Of a stretch of 64,000 nucleotides of DNA, positions 38,671 through 52,500 are shown in pieces. The first letter of the stretch is position 1. Every line of letters begins with the position of its first letter. The DNA is from Vicugna vicugna (taxonomy: Eukaryota), in contig MU058423.1 of NCBI GenBank assembly GCA_013265495.1, positions 4,696,793 to 4,760,792 of the forward strand, given 5' to 3'. The translations under genes were made by a program, and so were the position numbers. Below the pieces are notes generated by a model. The model was not told where the DNA came from, did not search any database, and saw only the letters and a list, made by a program, of their open reading frames with translations.

Positions 38671-39724
38671 CTCCAGCTTCTTTGTTTTGATTTTAGGATC
38701 ATGTTTCTCGTTAGGTTTCTTTAAATGATTATGCAAGAAAATGAGTACCAAGAGTGGGTTTTTTTGTGGTTCCAGACTTGTAATTGTTTTACAGAGTTTT
38801 TTTCCCAACAGTGTAAAGTGTGCTTTCTCAACTTTAACAGTTCCACACTAAATATTTTGGGAAAATAGGTAGGTAAGCACAATAAAGAGGACTTTGATTT
38901 CTGTGTTACTTAAGGAAAAATTACGAGATTCCACTGGTAGAATGGAAGACAAAGAAGAAACATATTTTTTCTGAATATTTAAGCAGCTATAGTGTGTAAA
39001 AAAGAGCTAGCTGTATTTTGTTTCTTTTGAAGGAAAAAAACAGGAATACTGTGTAGAAGCCACATAAAATGGATCTCAGTTCAAATATCTATTTAAATAT
39101 AAAAGATAGAAAGAGATAAATAGATGAGAGAGAGACAGATGTTGCAGAAAGTACTCAAGCAGGACACTCACAAGGAGATTTAATTGCTCACATTTTTTTT
39201 CTTTCTTTTTTTTTTTTGGATGGGGCAAGTCCCCTAGCCACGTCTGAGTTCAATAGAGTGAAGAATAAAAAGACTTCTTCAGGGAGAGGAATAAATACTG
39301 GTGAACAATCATATGTCTATGAGAGATTCTAGGCATATTCATTGTAGAATCTTCTTTTTAAGTTTTTGTTATATTCATTTTATTACTAAATGTTATTGAC
39401 TTTTTAATGTTAGTTTTCGTCACATGTTTTGAAATTTTGGATTTCAGACTTATCTTAAGTTTTGGGTTGGTTTCTCTCTCTGAACTGGCTCATTTTGTTG
39501 CTGCCCAGCAGGGATGTGGGAGTGTCACAGAGTGCAGTGCTGAACCAGTGCCAGCTGCACTTCAGTCTTCGTCAGGTAGATGGGTTTCTATGTGCCACGT
39601 CTCAAGTACCAGAAAGTACTTAGTAATAGGTTTTTGGGGGGTTTTTTGGGCCAAAAATGCGCCCACTTTTTCCTTCACCATCAATATATGAGAATTTGTA
39701 ACACAAACTCTGCAAAGTTAATTT

Positions 39725-41990
39725 TTTCCTAGTTATTTTTTAATTTAAAGATTAGAAACATGTACAGAAAAGTCAAATAAATACTTCTGTCTGTGGCCTG
39801 CTCACATCATTAGTCTGCAAGGATTCTCTCATTTTATTTTCTCCCCAGTTCACCAATCCTGTTCTCTTTCCTCTTGCTTCCCATAGGCACCCTTTCCAGT
39901 GGACTTAATATCTTTTGAGACCTTGGATATGTACATATCCTTTACAGAGCTGTTTTGTGTGTATGCATTTTTAAGTGACATTGTATTTTGTTATATCTAT
40001 AATCATTTTACTTTATTAAAATATTCAATGTTATATTTCTTAAATGCTCAAGTTACAGTGTAAACTTTAGTTCATTACTTCTATAAGGCACTCCAGAATA
40101 TGCAGTCATTACCAGCAGAACACTGTAATAGCTCTCTCACTCTCTCTCTCTTTCTCTCTCTCTCTCTATATATATTCTGTTATCTGGGGTGTATACTCCT
40201 GGGATTGGGATTAGTGAGTTACATTATACACTGTATTTAACTTAGTTTTCATTAGATCTTATAGATTTATGTCCAGAAGTGGGTAGGACAGAATATTTTC
40301 ACCAGCATTATGCAAAGTTTTCTACGTGCCTTTATTCTAACACTTGGACTTTTTTTTTTCTTGCCAATTTTAGTGATTGCAAACTGGTACCTCACATTTA
40401 TTTTAATTTGTCCTTCTCTGATAAACACTGAAACTGACCTATTCCTGTTCTTTCTCCATGTTTAGATTGGATTTTGATACATTTCTCGCTGTTTCTCTGA
40501 AGTTCCAATTTTATTCTGGATATTAATATGTTTTTAGTTTTAGGTTTTGCAATTATCCCTCCTAGGATATCACCCATTTGTGTACATTTTCCATATTGTC
40601 TTTCATTCACCACACAGTTTTATTTGATGTAGCCATATATATCTTTGTTGTTGTTGCTGTATACATTGTGTTTCCCCCCCACCCCCAGGGTTTAAAACAG
40701 TCCTTTTCCATGAAAAGGTCACAGAAATATTCTGAAATTTCTTCTATCAGCTTAATTTTTTTCTACATTTAGATCTTTAATCCACTTGTACTTTATTTCT
40801 GTAAAGATGCACTTTAATTTTTTTCTCCGTGAAAACAAAATAGTATGAACTAAGCAATTCTCAATTTCCAATTTCTCATGATAGTTTTGTTTTTTCTTGG
40901 TATCTTTTGAGGGTATATGTTAGGTTCATAGGTATGTGTGAGTCCTCTACTGTTTTGCTCCATTTTTCTCTTACCATTACCTTCATTCTTGACTGTGTGT
41001 ATGCACATATGTGTGCATGTATACATGTGCATATATACATGTGCATATATATGTATATATTCTGTTTATCTTCTGATATGAAAATGCTTACCTAATCTTT
41101 GTGTTGGTTCATAACTCTGTGGCATATTCTTTCCTTTCTCTTTAATTTTAACGTTCTGTAGTCTTTTAGTTTTAATCCATTACTTACATGTAATGTGTAG
41201 GAGGGAAATAGTATGGTTTCATCAGATAGTTTACTGCTTTTAATTGGTGAATTTAAACGTGTTTTAATGATCGTTATGTTCAGGTCTTTTACCATATATG
41301 ACTTTTTTCCTTTTTTCTCTTTTCCTGCATATTTTCTCTTAGCTCTTCCGCTGCTGTGGAAGTTACATACTCTACTTATATTCTTATATAGAATAAGTCT
41401 TATAAATATGTTACTGTTTTTTTATTTTAAATTTCCTAGGTTTAATGATGTTTATGTCTTTGTCCCAAATAAGACTCATCCATACACTCATTTCTTTCCC
41501 ATTTCCCCCAGGATGTCCGCCTTCCACTACTTCCCCCATGTTGCTGTCACCTATAATTTTAGTAATAGGTTGTTTGGATTTACTTCAGTGGTGTTGCTTT
41601 GATTGATTTATAAAATAATGGTAAATTTTACCAAATTACTACATACACCCCAGAAAGCTCCTGTATTTGTTTATATTTTTTCAAGAATAATTTTAAAAGG
41701 GGAGAGTCTCTGTGTGCAAAATATTCTTAAGCTTTGTATTCTGTAGACTGAAATATAATAATTTAGCTAGATATAATGTTCAAAGTCTCTATTCTATAAA
41801 TATTTTAAAAAATCACTTCATTGTCTCTTTTGCACTTAGTCTTGCCTTTGAGATGTTGATTGCCATTCTAATTTGTCTTTCTTTTTGGTGTTACTCTTTC
41901 TGAAAACTTTTAAAATTTTCTCTTTGTCTTTAGTGTTCTTACATTTTTTTACTGTGATATGTCTAGGCTCCATCTAGAGTGTTGAATTAT
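39725..41990 (-). mobile_element. Ancient L1 (L1ME-like) remnants: 3' end plus ORF2 N-terminal/upstream pieces
   Basis: Antisense L1 motifs (TTTTGCAATTATCCCTCC...TTTCTACATTTAGATCTTTAATCCAC); ORF 41092..41295 (NITIIKTRLNSPIK...LKLKRKERICH) resembles the L1 endonuclease N-terminus. Confidence 0.65.
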
Positions 41991-43205
41991 TTTTGTATTG
42001 TAGTTTTTGCCTTTCTCAATTATTGATTTCCTGTTCTACAAGAATATTAGCTATGTTGGCTGCTGAGGTGTAATCAGGTTAAAAAGCGAATACCAAGTCC
42101 TAACACACACACCTCCCGGTGGATTTAGAATGTGTGGGTCAGAAGTGGGTGCAACATATAGTAGAGAGCTCTTGTTTGACCGCTTTATAATTTTCACTTC
42201 TTTATCTCCAGGAATTATATTCTCCAACAATTTCTTCTTAAGGGTGTAATTGCTCATCCCTCGTTTGTGGCGAGAGTGGAGGATGGCAGAGAGGATTCTC
42301 AGGGACTTGCTACTTTGCTTTGATTTGTTATTATTTGCTCTCCATTCCAGCTGTGCTTGTTGTGTCGTATCTATGATGGTACCTGGCTGGTGTCATCATT
42401 TTAAACTCCTGCTGGTTATGGAAATGAGGGAAGAGAAAACGGAGATCTAACCAGGATAGCATGCAGCAGGGCTAAAGAAGAAAAACCAAATTACCGTTCC
42501 ACAGTCCATTCTTCTGAGATATCAGAGCTTCTGTTCCAGGAGACTTAGCACAATCCATCTAACACACACACACGTCTTTTCTTTCTTAATATTTCTCACA
42601 ATTTAACATTTGGTTTTATCAATTTAATCAATTTCTATCAATCTCCTCTATAGCATCTTCAAAGTTGGGCCAGGGTGGGACTGAGGACACCTCTGAGTTT
42701 CTCGTCTTGCTAGGGACTAAAATTGTGCCAGCTCAGTCTGGCACATTATTACATGTTGAGGAGGTCCTCTGGGAGCCAAGAGTTATTAGAGGCTTTATAC
42801 TGATGGTTGTTTTTATGAATCTTGTATTTTTCAATACAGTTCCAATTTGTTTTAAGGAAACCAAATGTATGAAGGTTGTGATTCATGCACCAGTTAAATT
42901 AGTGAGTGATTATTTGTCTTGCAAAACAATTTGCCATAAAATTTCTCTAAATAGCAAACTTCCTTAGAGCATTTATGTGTGACATAACTCACACATTTCT
43001 GCTCATATCTAGTTTTGGGGAATGCAGGTGCTAGAATGCTTTGTTAGGGGGCTTATATTCTTAACCAATCAGCCACTGACTGGATGAATGATTCATTCCT
43101 TCATTTGCCTTCTCCCTCTTTTTCTCCTTCTTCTTCTTCTCCCTTTGGTTTCTTTATTCTTTCATCCAGTCTACCACTTGCATATTTGAGCCAGGTATGA
43201 ACTAC

Positions 43206-43663
43206 TGTGTCAGCTCCAAACCCACCCTTCGAAACTCTCCTTTATTAACCTGATGCTCGAATTCTGCTCACCGTGTTGCTGTTCCGCTGGCTCGTAGCTG
43301 GCTCTATCTTAGGCTAAGCGAATATGGGATTCAGGAGGGAGACTGGAGAACTGGAGGAAGAAAAGATTTCTTCCACCTCCTCGGGGGTCTGGACCTGGTA
43401 GCCCTTCCTCTCTTCCACACAAAACTTGGGGATGCATCAGCCAAGCATCTCTCTCCTTAGGGGTCTGAGTGTCAGCCGCGTGAGCTCTTCTCTAGATTTT
43501 AAGTGTAAAGCATTCCAACCTCTTCCTTTTGGAAGCTGCTGCCTTTGCAGTTGTTACTTCCATGATACCATAATGTTTACTTTCTTTACTTTCAATTCTT
43601 TGGTACAACTCAGCTAAAATAACCTGTGTGGCTTATATCTCCAGAGTGAAGCTGGACAATATA
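43206..43663 (+). mobile_element. ERVL solo LTR, LTR33-like
   Basis: TGTGTCAGCTCCAAACCCACCCTTC...GCTGGCTCTATCTTAGG...GGAGACTGGAG; end AAAATAACCTGTGTGGCTT. Confidence 0.6.
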
Positions 43664-45799
43664 ATATTTATTCAACATATTTTTCTTTTCTTAATATTTG
43701 CTATGTGTCAGACATTGTGCTGGTCATATTAATGATGGTCAAATCCTTCATTTGCCTTAAGGTTTTTATTAATGATGGTTAAATTCTTCATGTTCTTTGC
43801 CTTAAGGCTTTCGGGAAATGTTAATTGCATGTTCCCAAGTACTTTTTTAGTTTTATATTTTTACGTATGTTGGGGAAGGTTATATGAGACAATGAATATG
43901 ATCATACAATGGGAATAGGATCACTTGACGTGTAAATCGTGATCTGTAGATTTTAAAGTACCCGCACATATGTTACACTGTGTAAAAGTTTAGGGCAATA
44001 GTTATTCACATTTTACAGATGAGAAAATTTGAGATTCAGAGTTTTCTTCAAATTTTCCCATTGTAAAAAAAAATCATTTACTTTTCAAATATAAAAGCAA
44101 CATGAGATGAAAATCACGTACATTGTTAAACTCTTCTACAATATGGGAAAGTGGAAGTCCTGTATTTTGTAAATATAAACTATATAAAATATAAAAAATA
44201 TAAACAAGTTTGTGACAGGACATTGAGATAATTTTGATAAGCCAATGATTTCAGTATATGTGTAGTTAGAAAGGAGGCTCAGGAAAAACAAAATGGCAAA
44301 TTCCAGCTTTGCACCAGCACCAGTCTTGAATACTAAGACAACACCATAATCCATTCTGTCTTCCAATGAGACTCATTCTCTTTAGTTTCATTGCAGTGCT
44401 AATATCTTGGGCTTTCTTACAACAACAAAAGTACAAAATTTGACAGTCACTTACTGCCCAGAAACATTCTACTTTCTAGGCTCACACCCAAAAAGTAATT
44501 TTGGTTATGTGTGGGTGTGACAAAATCTCAAGTGTGAAAAAAAAAAAAAAAAGCAAAACTTTTACCCAAAATTATTTGGTAAAATGGATTCTCCAGAGTG
44601 AGGCAACAGATTTATATCTCTGGCTCTCATTTTCCCCTGATATATGGTTGCACACTTCTTGGTGGGGCCCCAGATTGAAAATTATAGCCTTAAAGTATTT
44701 TTCAAAATCAAGTTTCAGAAGCATTGCAATAAACTATATTGTTCATTTATTCTCATATTGTATTTCAAAGAGATACTTTATAGTTTTAGTCGGGGTACGG
44801 GCAGGAGGAGAAAGTCTTCAACCTGCTCCTGGCACTAGCTTTCCTTTTTAAGCCATTTTTTGATTGTGGAGATTCTTCCTTTAAGGACTGGATATCTCTA
44901 CAAATTCTGCAGTGTTTTCTTTGTGTTCTCGAGATAGTGACTCAGAGTGTCAGGGCCAGAGAGAGCATCAGGGAGTACTCAGAGGACATCTGAAACACTT
45001 TACCTCACTTGCTCTTATGAGGGTAGTTTTTGAAATGACATTGACTGGATATGAAAGATTAAGAGGGAGAGAGAGGATGAGCCATCACGAACCTTCCTTT
45101 GTCTCAGATTATATTCCTCAAGTGATCTGTCTGTTAATTGGTCAAGAGATTTTCAATATTCTACACGAAGCTGGCTTCTTACCTTCCCATCCCCCCTTTG
45201 CTGTTTTGAATATTTGTCCTACTTCGTTGTTTAAGACAGAATCTGATTTCAAAGTAGGACATGCCTTTGACATAAATTACAGCATGCTGGAGTGCTTCAT
45301 CTTCTCAGTCTGATTTTATTGCTGTCCTGTATAAATAACACATAATAATTCTGTTTTATTAATATAGTGATCCATCTTTATTGCCCTGTGCTTGTTAATG
45401 AAGATTGAAAATGAAGGTCCCTCACTATAAATTAGAAGTGTTTAAACAACTTTCCAAAAGTATTCGAGTGTTAGATCAAGCTTTCGTTTATGGGGTATAT
45501 TTACACATCAAGTTCTGAATCCTCTTTGATGTTTTCATTATTTGAAAGAGGATTATGTTCAGTTCTATGCCTGGGTATATTCAGTAAAAAAAGTATGCAT
45601 TTATTAGCCTGATTAATCAATCAATGCATATTAATTTTAGGGAAAGGATCTAAGGTGAGCTCTGCTGAGCCACTAGGATTTGATTTATCCTATTTCATGG
45701 GTCAAGAAGACTTCAAACCAAACCACTGGGCATGGAGAGTAATCAAGAGTTTGAGTAGATCTCTTAAGGTCAGCAGTTGAAAGAGAGAAATCAAAAAAA

Positions 45800-46295
45800 T
45801 ATTTGTGAAATCTTTCCTCCTTCATTCCTGTGTTACACTTGATCTTTGTTACTCTACCGTGACAATGAACTGCTTAAAGTTCCTAGAATATACCACATTT
45901 TCTTTGCCTTAACGTTTTTTGCACTTGCCCTTCCTTTGATCGTAATATCCCCTAATGACCACCCTCTTCCCAAAACCACCAGTGCCATGAGCCCATCACC
46001 TTAATTTTGCTTACAGGAGCTGGTTCAGATCTCAGCGTAAATGACATTTCCTCTGGGAAGTCTCTCTAACGCCCAAGACTAAGATAGGTTTCTTTCTGAT
46101 GTACTCCTCTTATGTCCCAGTCTTGTCCATATTGTAATGCTTATCAGTACGTTTGGTTATGCATTAGTGTACTCACCTGGATTCTCCATTATAACGAAGG
46201 CTTCTTGAAGGCAGGAAAGGATGGAGTTTTATTCTGGGTTGTATCCTTATCATGGCATCTCACACAAAGTAGGTGTTGAATACTTGTTCTTTGAC
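45800..46295 (+). mobile_element. L2 LINE 3' end
   Basis: AAATGACATTTCCTCTGGGAAGTCTCTCT...CTTCTTGAAGGCAGGAA...AGTAGGTGTTGAATACTTGTT. Confidence 0.7.
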
Positions 46296-46359
46296 GTGAT
46301 TTTATTGCCATTAGCGGCTGGGAAAGGCATGCAGCAAATCCAAAATTCAGAGTCCCTGA

Positions 46360-46600
46360 AGCGCACAGCATGGTGGCTTAACAGCGGTTAAGTGTGCAGA
46401 CTGTGGAGCTGGATTGCCTGAGTTTGATTCTCAGCTCTGCTACACACGTGGTCTATGGCTGCAGGCAAAGTACTTAGCCCTCTGTGCCTTCATTCCTTCA
46501 CCTGTAAAATAAGGAGAGTAAAGGGATTCTAGCTCATAAATTTTTATTTGGTTGAAAAGCATTAACACGTGTGTAGAAGTCTCACTAGAATAAGTAAGTG
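46360..46600 (+). mobile_element. MIR SINE
   Basis: GCGGTTAAGTGTGCAGACTGTGGAGCTGGATTGCCTGAGTTTGATTCTCAGCTCTGC...CTGTAAAAT. Confidence 0.85.
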
Positions 46601-46787
46601 TAAGGTCTAATTGTCAAGTGAGGAATTGGAGACATGATAGTTAGAAAGAGCTGGAGAGTCTGAGAGTCCAAAGTCCCAGACCATAATTTACAGAGGGTGG
46701 GAGATTATCCGACGCTAAAGTCTTATTTCTCCTCTTCCTGCTCAGCCTTGCATCCCAGGGCATCTAGTTTCATTTCTTACCCCTAGA

Positions 46788-46960
46788 GCAGTATTTTTTC
46801 ACAAGATCATTCTTCAGCTTTCAGAATCAGAACCAACTGATAGGCTTGGTAAAAACATAGATGCCAAGGCCTGGCCACAGAATCCTTGCAGGGGAGGCCT
46901 GGGGATCTGTATTTAAACACCATCTAGATGATCCTGATGTTTGAAGTTTGAGAACTGAAC
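46788..46960. mobile_element. MER5A/B hAT MITE
   Basis: CAGAATCAGAACC...GCTTGGTAAAAACATAGATGCC...CTGTATTTAAAC...AAGTTTGAGAACTG. Confidence 0.7.
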
Positions 46961-47499
46961 TCTGGGGTTCATTTCTCTGTACGTATCTCCAGACGCAGGA
47001 ATGGGCAAGCGAGGTTTGAAAAAGACTCCTTGCTGATTCAAAAATGCTTTTCATGGCCCTACTGCTCTCATTCATAATAGTTATAGTTTTTATACCATTG
47101 CATATGTTATTCTGTGTGTTTTGATATTTGCAAAATATAAGATACAATCATTGTCCTCAAGCAACTTCTGGCATAGTTAGTTGAGAGATGAGTGTCAGAC
47201 ACATTTTTGAAATTACATAAAGAATGCAAACTGAAGTTTTGATATTGACTTTAAGTATAGTGTAAAACAGAAGGCCTAGGTAGGCGGGAGTAGTCTAAAA
47301 AGTGAGTTAGCCACGTAACGTGAGTAAAATAGGGTTGACCAAGAAGGATAAGGAAGAGATTTAAGGCGGGGATAAGAACGTAAGTAAAGGAACGGAGCTG
47401 AGCCTGAGGATGGAACATTTAGAGACACTTAAAGAGCCAGGATTCAGACCTTTTGTGTTAAAAAACAGAAAGTAGCCAGAATCAAGACACACAGCATTA

Positions 47500-48761
47500 C
47501 CGCTACTGATTCTCCATAATGTTGAAAAACACACAAAAAAGTCAGGATTTGATTAACCAGATTATAGAGAATCAGTGGAAAGCCTTTCTTTAGGAACTGG
47601 AAAAATTAAAAACTGGGATCTAGGCAGGGATGTCAGTTCAGTAAACCACCACTCCCTCTGCTCTGGATATAGCGTGGTTCCCTGGAGTGTGCCAAAAGCA
47701 GCAGCATTGGTTATTATGTAAACATAACCTAAATTGGTGCAAAATAGAAGACAATTGCTGGCCGACTGTGGCTGTAGTGACCTGTGATGAGAGGGCTGCG
47801 CGCTGGTGTTTCTGATGGGTGTGCGTTGTTCACGTCCCCTCCACGGTGGCGTCCTCACCCTCTGTGCCCTCGCTGGCAGCTCTGTCACCTGAGTCATTCT
47901 TCCTTTGTCTTGGGTGGTAGCAGATGCTTGCAGTTGGATCGCTCTATCAATGTGTTTCCTGCCTGTAGAACTTCGGGGGTCCAACAACCTTCTTTCATTA
48001 AGTCCAATCTCTGTCCCTTTCTGTCCAAGGTGGCCATGTTGCTGCTGGCATAACATTTTCAAAAACCCTGTGGGCTTCCCTTGCATGTCAAGGTGACAGC
48101 ATGATTAGACAGGATGATTCTGCAAAGACCCTTCCTGGGTAACTCCATCACTGTGTCTGGCTTCTGCTGAGATGATTGATTAGGTCCATGAATCACACAT
48201 CTCATCTCTTTAACCAGCGTTTGCTCAGCCACAACCTTAGCCTTCTGTCCAGAGCATAATTTTCTTAATCTTAGCAACCTTTGCAAGCAATCTGGGTGGG
48301 CCAATAACCTCCCAAATCAAGCGCTACTTCCTTTTTGTTCAATAGTTTCTTCCTCAATTTACTTCTTCCTTAATGCGTTTTACTAAAATTAACAAGGAAA
48401 AATGAGGTTATACTTTCCACACAGTACTTGGAAATATTCTCAGTTAAATATCTAAATTTATCATTTACAAATTCCCTCTTCCCATGTAACTATACAGTAA
48501 AATTCAGTCAGGCATTCTGCCACTTTATAGCAAGTATCTCCTTTTCAACAGTGTTCAATAATGTGTTTCTTATCTCCTTTTGAGAGCTTACCTCTAACCT
48601 CTATATGTTCTGTAACAATCTTGTCAAAACATTCTAGGCTTTTTCTATCATTTGCCTTAAAATTCTTCCAGTCTCTATCCTATCCATTCCCCAGTTCTAA
48701 AGCCACTTCCATATTTTAAGATATTTGTTACAACAGTACCCCAATTCCTGGTACCAAAATC
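47500..48761 (-). mobile_element. MaLR-type internal sequence (MLT-int-like), 5' part
   Basis: Reverse complement of 48690-48757 reads TTTGGTACCAGGAATTGGGGTACTGTTGTAACAAATATCTTAAAATATGGAAGTGGCTTTAGAACTGGG, the characteristic MaLR internal start; left boundary uncertain. Confidence 0.7.
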
Positions 48762-48775
48762 TTAATTAGTCAGGG

Positions 48776-48819
<44 letters not shown>

Positions 48820-49211
48820 GGAAATAGATACATTGTAATGCATGTGTATATATGTGTGTGTATGTGTGTATGAGATTGTTTTCAAAGAATTGGCTTACAC
48901 AATTGTGGGGCTAGCAAGTCTGAATTTTGTAGATTCAAGTAGGCTGGAAACTCTCAGGCAGAAACCAAAGCTTCAGTCTGTAGATAGAATTTCTTCTTCC
49001 TCAGGAAAACCAGTTTTGCTCTTAAGGTCTTTCAAATGATTATCTGAGGCTCGCCCAGATTGTGAAGGGAGATCTCCTTTACTTAAATCAATGACTAGTA
49101 GATGTTAACCACATCTACAAAATACCTTCACAGAAACCCCTAGATTAGTGTATAACTGAATAACTGAATACTATTGTCTAGCCAAGTTGACATATAAAAC
49201 TAGCCATCACG
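48762..49211 (-). mobile_element. MLT2D-like (ERVL) LTR containing a (CA)n tract
   Basis: ATTAGTCAGGG...GAATTGGCTTACACAATTGTGGGGCTAGCAAGTC...AACCACATCTACAAAATACCTTCACAG...GCCAAGTTGACATATAAAACTAGCCATCAC. Confidence 0.8.
48778..48810. repeat. (CA)n microsatellite
   Basis: Directly visible, about 16 units. Confidence 0.95.
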
Positions 49212-49379
49212 GCCACTGAATATGTTTTTCCAGCTGCCTGAAACTGCTCCCTCCAGCCAACTCATGGTCACTCTTCTGGTTACAGTATAAATGGCTTGTC
49301 ACTTTGAGTGAATAGCTTTCTCTGGGCCCGAAAAATGTCACTTCCTGTTATATGTCCCTGGCTGTGTCCTGCATTTCTG

Positions 49380-49515
49380 CATATCACACTCATTATTACT
49401 TGGTCAGTGTCTGAACCACCTGTTAGATTGCAAGCTCCATGAAGTTCCATGACTCTTATCTTGCTCCTTGTATACTTCGCGCTTAATAAAGTCTGTTGAG
49501 TGAGCAAATGAATAG
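49380..49515 (+). mobile_element. L2 3' terminal fragment
   Basis: TAGATTGCAAGCTCCATGAAG...GCGCTTAATAAAGTCTGTTGAGTGAGCAAATGAAT. Confidence 0.7.
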
Positions 49516-52500
49516 ATCACAGGTTACCTGATCCAGATGGCAAGTTCTCTCTATCTACAACTCAAGGGTCCAGGGCCAGCTCTTGCCATCTTAAAGGGAG
49601 CCAAAGAATTAAGAAAATCATTTTCTTGCTCAATAACATTTGTCTTTTGAGAACATCGTGTTTAGGGACTAAATAAAATAAAAACATTAGATTAAATTAG
49701 ATTTAAGAAAAAAACAAGAGAAATCTAATATTAAAGCTGAGTGATGGTTTCCTTTTCTTCTGGGTATCTGGCCTTCCCTGGAGTATAGGAAACCACTGAT
49801 GCAATGGATGGGACTTGCCAGGACAACCGAAGTTTTAGGGTTTGACATAAAATCTGAAAATAAATTCTTAAAGTTTTTGGAAGAATAGGCTTTGGAATGC
49901 TACAGACAGGATTCATGTCCTGATTAGGACACTTACCACCAGGTGATCTTGTCCCAATTCCTTTCTTAAAAGCCTCAGTATCTTCACAGTGTTGGTTAAG
50001 ACACTGTGGTGGAATCAGTCTATTGGAACTGAGTTAGGAGTTCACGTATTTAAGGGGATAACTGTTTCAACTTGAAGCAGAGGAAGCAAATGTAGGTACC
50101 AAATGGGAAACAATTCTGCTTTTCCAGGACCGAGGCTGTTCCAGACACTGAGGGTGTTCCACATAAGCCTCTAGATGGAAGGGCAGTAATCCTGCGGGAA
50201 AAGTGGAGAGTCTGCTGCCGATGACGGAAAGTGAGAGACTCTCACTGAACATTTTATTTGGACCAGGCAAAATTTACACACTACTACGTGATGTACAAAA
50301 CATTGTAGTTTCTTCAGTTCCACTTAGAGAAAATAGAGCAAATTAATTGGAACAGTTATGCCCAGGCTATGTAAACCCCACTTATCATCTTCATTCATAA
50401 AACAAATGTAATAATACTTACTCTACTAATAGTCCAGAGGTTGTTGGGAAAATCAGAATAAAAATGAGATAATATGCTTGAAGTTGGTTTGTATCCTGCA
50501 AATAAAATAAAAGATACGATTATTTAAAGGCTAGTATCTACATGCTTCAACAACTGGACAAATTTGTACTTAAAAAAGCAAAAAAGTCAATCAAACTGGT
50601 TGTTATTTGGCATCAGGTAGACAAAACAATGGTCGATTTGACAATCTTTCACATTTCAGCTTGTTGGCATCACATTGTGTGGCCAAAAAGTGATTCTCTC
50701 TTCTCTACAGTTTCCAGATTCTATAAAACATTAAATAAAGAGATCTGAAAATAGAGAACAGTTTCAAAGTCTCTACTCAGAGGATAAACTTTAGATCACG
50801 CCTTTGGTGTGTCCTGAAAAAAACTGATATTGAATATGCCCCATGCTGTTTGTCTCTGAGACGTGTCCTCATTCAGCCTCTGTTTCTGACCTTCTGGACA
50901 GATGTAGAATAGAAATAGCCATGGGGCTGGCCAAAAGATGAACAACGGCGTTCTCTTTAGTTCTCAAGAATGATACAGTGTTATAATTTTAAATGCCTTT
51001 AAAATATCATTTATGTCAGCCTTTCCCAAGTTCACATTCAATTTATTGGAAGAGTTAGGACAATAATCCAGGTTTCCTGAGACCAAGGTAGATATCCCCC
51101 AGCCCCCATTCTTCACCCTCAACTGTGCTGCACTGTAAAATAAACAGAAATCGTGTTAGCTTTAATCCACCTTCCCTTTTATTTGAATCCTATTTGAAAA
51201 CAGCACATAAGAGCTCCATAATTCTCAACCTCACATGCATTTTTGTCTGCAAAACTTGACTGAACACAATGCCAAACTCCACGCTTCTCAGCGTGACTGG
51301 GTGACTCATGGTTCAGTCTGCTACTATGACATAGTTGGATCTGTGCTTCATCCACCATGATGTCCCCTGACAGGTTCTTGAGAAAACTCCTTAGCACATC
51401 AGACAAAGAGAACGGGTATGAGGTCTCCTACGGGCCTGCCAAATGGGGGAGGCTGAGCACTCCCCGTTTCAAAGCCTGTCTATCTAGGGCAGTTATTCTG
51501 AATGGAAGGATTACTTCGCAACCAAAAGGGCTTGTTGTCCCAACATTTCCCGAGGTAATCAGGACGAGTCTTTCTTTATCTTTGTTAACAGCGGGAAGCA
51601 GAAGCCTAATTTAAACATTGTAGCAGTGGCCAGGGGACCTGCATAGCTAAACAAAACAGTAGTCAATGGCTCTCTGAATGCTTCTGTGGAGAGACAGCAA
51701 AACCATTGTCTCCACGAAGACCAGAGATCTAATATTATTTATTGGCCGTATTAGAAGTGTGAGAAAATGATCGTTAATTAAAGTTCAAATTTGAAACTAA
51801 AAAATGACTGCCATATTCCCCATTATACAGACAGTTGGCCATTTCATTTCTTATCACTGATTTAAAGTTCATTTAAAAATCACCAGTGTAGTAAAGTCTA
51901 TCTCTACACGATGTTATTTGCAGACTTTTACAGCATGCCCCCTCCACGGGTCACATGTGTGCATTTTGTGCACGTTATCTCAGAAGTCTTTTTATAACAA
52001 TATTGGAGGAAGTCTTGGGGATTTACGTGGATGGTCTAAAGCTGCAGAGCTAGTATATAGGGAAACCAGGCCTTCTGGCTCAAGAGCTCCTTCCAACATG
52101 TTATGTTGCTTCTGCCAGAACTCCTCCTGGACAAGTCGTGGTTTTGTGCTTTTTTTTCCTCCTCACCAGCCACTGCCTCCTTGCTTCTTACATCTAATTT
52201 TGCATACCTCTTGACTTCATTTCCTTACCATATTCTGTCCATCAAGCATCCTCTGATGCAGCCCATATGTCTGTGCAGCCTGCTGTTTCATACTGATTAA
52301 ATTGCTTGCCACTTTTTAAAGGATTCTTTTCAGAGTGCTCATTGAAAAAGTAAGAAGTGTATATGTCTTATGTTAGACACTCCAGGTCTGGGTTTAGACA
52401 TACTTTTCAGAGGATTCATGTTCCAAACATACACCTGTTTTTCAATATTGTGCCTAGGATGAAATAGAAACTTTTGGTGCAGTCCTGGGCAACCCAGACA

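Noticed and set aside
47562..48086. Longest ORF in the track (174 aa)
   Set aside because: Lies in decayed MaLR internal sequence; no recognisable intact domain or gene context.
51681..51719. Small hairpin CTTCTGTGGAGAGACA...TGTCTCCACGAAG
   Set aside because: Stem is short and bulged; too small for a pre-miRNA and expected by chance in 64 kb.
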